Shown piece by piece: positions 14,460 to 16,133 of a DNA stretch of 16,133 nt. The notes below the pieces were generated by a model that did no database searches, had not been told where the DNA came from, and saw only the letters and a program-made list of their open reading frames with translations. A program made the translations under genes and the position numbers. Position 1 is the stretch's first letter, and every line of letters starts with the position of its first letter. Origin of the DNA: Candidatus Diapherotrites archaeon CG08_land_8_20_14_0_20_30_16 (lineage in GTDB: Archaea > Iainarchaeota > Iainarchaeia > Iainarchaeales > 0-14-0-20-30-16); assembly GCA_002779075.1 (NCBI GenBank), contig PEXK01000002.1:1-16133 (forward strand), written 5' to 3'.

Positions 14460-14903
14460 CTAACTTTTTCTTGTAAATTCCATGTGATTTGTTTTGATTA
14501 TTTTTTTGGCCAATCCAATCATATCATAAACAATAGGATTTTTATCTAGAACTTCTTTGATATCTTCTTTATTTATATTGCCATATTCATGTGCTAACAA
14601 ATTTCTGCGAGATATTAAAAACGCAAAGTCAGTATATGTCTCTTCAGTGATTAATTTATTATCTTTTAATATTGTAAATATTTCAATATATTTATTACTT
14701 GGACCTAATTTTGTTATAAATTTTATATCATCTGCAATGTCTATAGTTGCATTAATTATAGAAAATAATAACATTGCAGAACCATGTAAGCAACTAGCTT
14801 TATTTAATTCTGAATCTTCATCTAAAATCTTGTTAAGTTCTGAAAAAAATCCTTCAATTTCCTCAATTTTTTTAGTTATTCTATCTTTGGCAAGTTCATC
14901 CAT
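14460..14903 (-). CDS. hepT: HEPN-domain (DUF86/HepT-type) toxin
   Basis: The R-x4-6-H motif is present in SRRNLLAHEYG. The protein is about 147 aa and helical. Its start overlaps the upstream MNT gene by 8 nt. Confidence 0.85.
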   Translation of the reverse strand: MDELAKDRITKKIEEIEGFFSELNKILDEDSELNKASCLHGSAMLLFSIINATIDIADDIKFITKLGPSNKYIEIFTILKDNKLITEETYTDFAFLISRRNLLAHEYGNINKEDIKEVLDKNPIVYDMIGLAKKIIKTNHMEFTRKS

Positions 14904-15291
14904 TAATTATCCACTCGTATCTTTTATTTAATATCAATCTTTTATAAAAATCATATTCTCCAATTGTTTTAAACTTTAGTTTGTGTATTTTATAATCATA
15001 TTTTTTTGGCAAATATAATAGTTTTCCTTCAAATAATATGTGATATTGTATATTGGGTGGTAATTTCCAAAAATTGGATGCTTGTACTAAATCTTGATTG
15101 TATTTATAAACATCGTATTTTTCATCTATAGGAATTATACAAATATCAACATCAGATTCCTCTTTTGTTCTTCCTGTTATGTAAGATCCAAATAAATACG
15201 CTGCAACAATATTTTTATCTTTCTTGATTTCTTTTAGGAAATCTTTGAGTTCGGCTTTTGCTTTTGCTTCTGAGAATACAATTTTATACAT
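14896..15291 (-). CDS. mntA: Minimal nucleotidyltransferase (MNT/MntA-type) antitoxin
   Basis: LFGSYITGRTKEESDVDICII matches the GS-x9-10-D-x-D polymerase-beta-type NTase motif. Confidence 0.85.
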   Translation of the reverse strand: MYKIVFSEAKAKAELKDFLKEIKKDKNIVAAYLFGSYITGRTKEESDVDICIIPIDEKYDVYKYNQDLVQASNFWKLPPNIQYHILFEGKLLYLPKKYDYKIHKLKFKTIGEYDFYKRLILNKRYEWIING

Positions 15292-15334
15292 ATATTAGAT
15301 ATACATATCAAAGTTTAAAAATCTACCTTTGAAT

Positions 15335-16133
15335 TCAACCAAAGTATATTACTATCACTAAAGCATTAATTATAAACTGTATAAGCAAGAAAATAGTTAC
15401 TAGCTTTTTTTCGGTACAGGGATATAACCAATGTTCAAATAAATAATAAAGTTTATGCCATTGTATTTTCTTTTTTTGAGGATCAAAATATTGTCTTTCT
15501 AAAATTCCTTTTGAATCAACACAAGATATGCTAGTATCTTTTAGGTTTGTAATCGGTTTGAAAATAAAAATATAAATAAAATACAGCCCAAAATTTATCA
15601 AATACAACAAACATAGGAGAATTGCTAAAGACTCTGCATTGCCAATTATTGCAGCACTAGCAATTACTGCGCCAATGCTTAATGTGCCAACATCACCAGG
15701 AAACACTTTTGCAGGATATTTGTTGAAAATATAAAATGCTATTAATGCAAACAAAAAAGGAATCAATAATGCAATTATAAAAGTATTATTTAGAAGTATT
15801 CCAGCAATAATAAAATAGAATATTGTAATAATGCCCATTCCTGCTTCCAAACCATTATAACCTGCAAGAAAATTAGTCATATTTGCAAAGACGTTAACAA
15901 ATAAAGGTACAAAAACAATTGTATAAACCACCCCCAAATTTAATGAACCAAAAAAAGGTAAAGTAATTGTTGTGTTTCCTAATCTAGTTATAACTAAAGG
16001 AATTGCACAAATAAAAAGTAAAATAATTTTGTTTATTGGTCTTAATTTAAATAAATCATCAAAAATGCCAGTGAATGCTGCCAAGATCACAGTTAATATT
16101 GCTGCTAAAAATAAGTAGTGATATTGTGCTAGA
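15335..16133 (-). CDS. Glycosyltransferase family 4 (MraY/WecA/AglH-like UDP-GlcNAc:polyprenyl-phosphate GlcNAc-1-P transferase); N-terminus lies outside the window
   Basis: Multi-TM with NMTNFLAGYNGLEAG and VFPGDVGTLSIGA motifs. The reading frame stays open upstream of the track's GTG (16090) to the window edge (...LAQYHYLFLAAILT), so the gene is truncated by the window. Confidence 0.85.
   Translation of the reverse strand, partial: LAQYHYLFLAAILTVILAAFTGIFDDLFKLRPINKIILLFICAIPLVITRLGNTTITLPFFGSLNLGVVYTIVFVPLFVNVFANMTNFLAGYNGLEAGMGIITIFYFIIAGILLNNTFIIALLIPFLFALIAFYIFNKYPAKVFPGDVGTLSIGAVIASAAIIGNAESLAILLCLLYLINFGLYFIYIFIFKPITNLKDTSISCVDSKGILERQYFDPQKKKIQWHKLYYLFEHWLYPCTEKKLVTIFLLIQFIINALVIVIYFG

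Noticed and set aside
4467-16133. Other short overlapping track ORFs: 4467..4685, 4936..5220, 5320..5544, 5408..5632, 6356..6559, 7797..8024, 8340..8636, 9748..9972, 11028..11249, 11363..11560, 11660..11851, 12339..12611, 14557..14931
   Set aside because: Each is nested in, or antisense to, a longer ORF with recognisable domains or a sensible composition. AT-rich genomes generate many such stop-free antisense stretches.
1-16133. CRISPR arrays, IS elements or transposases, integrases, prophage boundaries, alternative genetic code
   Set aside because: I saw no regularly spaced repeats, no transposase- or integrase-like ORFs and no long terminal repeats. All supported CDS read cleanly with the standard code.

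Overview
This is a strongly AT-rich, gene-dense archaeal chromosomal fragment. Gene content looks DPANN-like: an archaeal Sm protein, archaeal-type MinD, NMD3, a TrmB-family regulator, an AglH-like GlcNAc-1-P transferase, AMMECR1, and a mix of GGAGG/GGTG-led and apparently leaderless genes. I support about 27 CDS.

Main points:
1. The ORF track misses a 500-codon minus-strand ORF filling 1..1500, because it has no stop codon in the window. It encodes the N-terminus of a HerA/DUF87-type P-loop ATPase whose Walker A loop is split by a 431-aa LAGLIDADG intein.
2. 12941..13085 is the only GC-rich island in the window (48% G+C by my count). It folds into a closed multi-helix RNA. Its strand and identity are unresolved: a novel plus-strand RNA versus a very divergent 5S-like RNA on the minus strand.
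3. A tightly coupled minus-strand operon runs NYN nuclease domain, DUF4388/PATAN-like protein, Roadblock-like protein, MinD ATPase, with the Sm gene next downstream.
4. A site-2-protease homologue carries HDxxQ in place of the catalytic HExxH.
5. There are two toxin-antitoxin loci: a canonical MNT/HEPN pair and a hicB plus start-less or truncated hicA pair.
6. A three-gene operon of unknown function encodes a membrane-anchored beta-sandwich protein, a basic protein and a coiled-coil protein.
7. A GTCTAGTGT motif recurs in two promoters.

I found no CRISPR array, transposase or tRNA. All function calls rest on by-eye motif recognition, not database searches.
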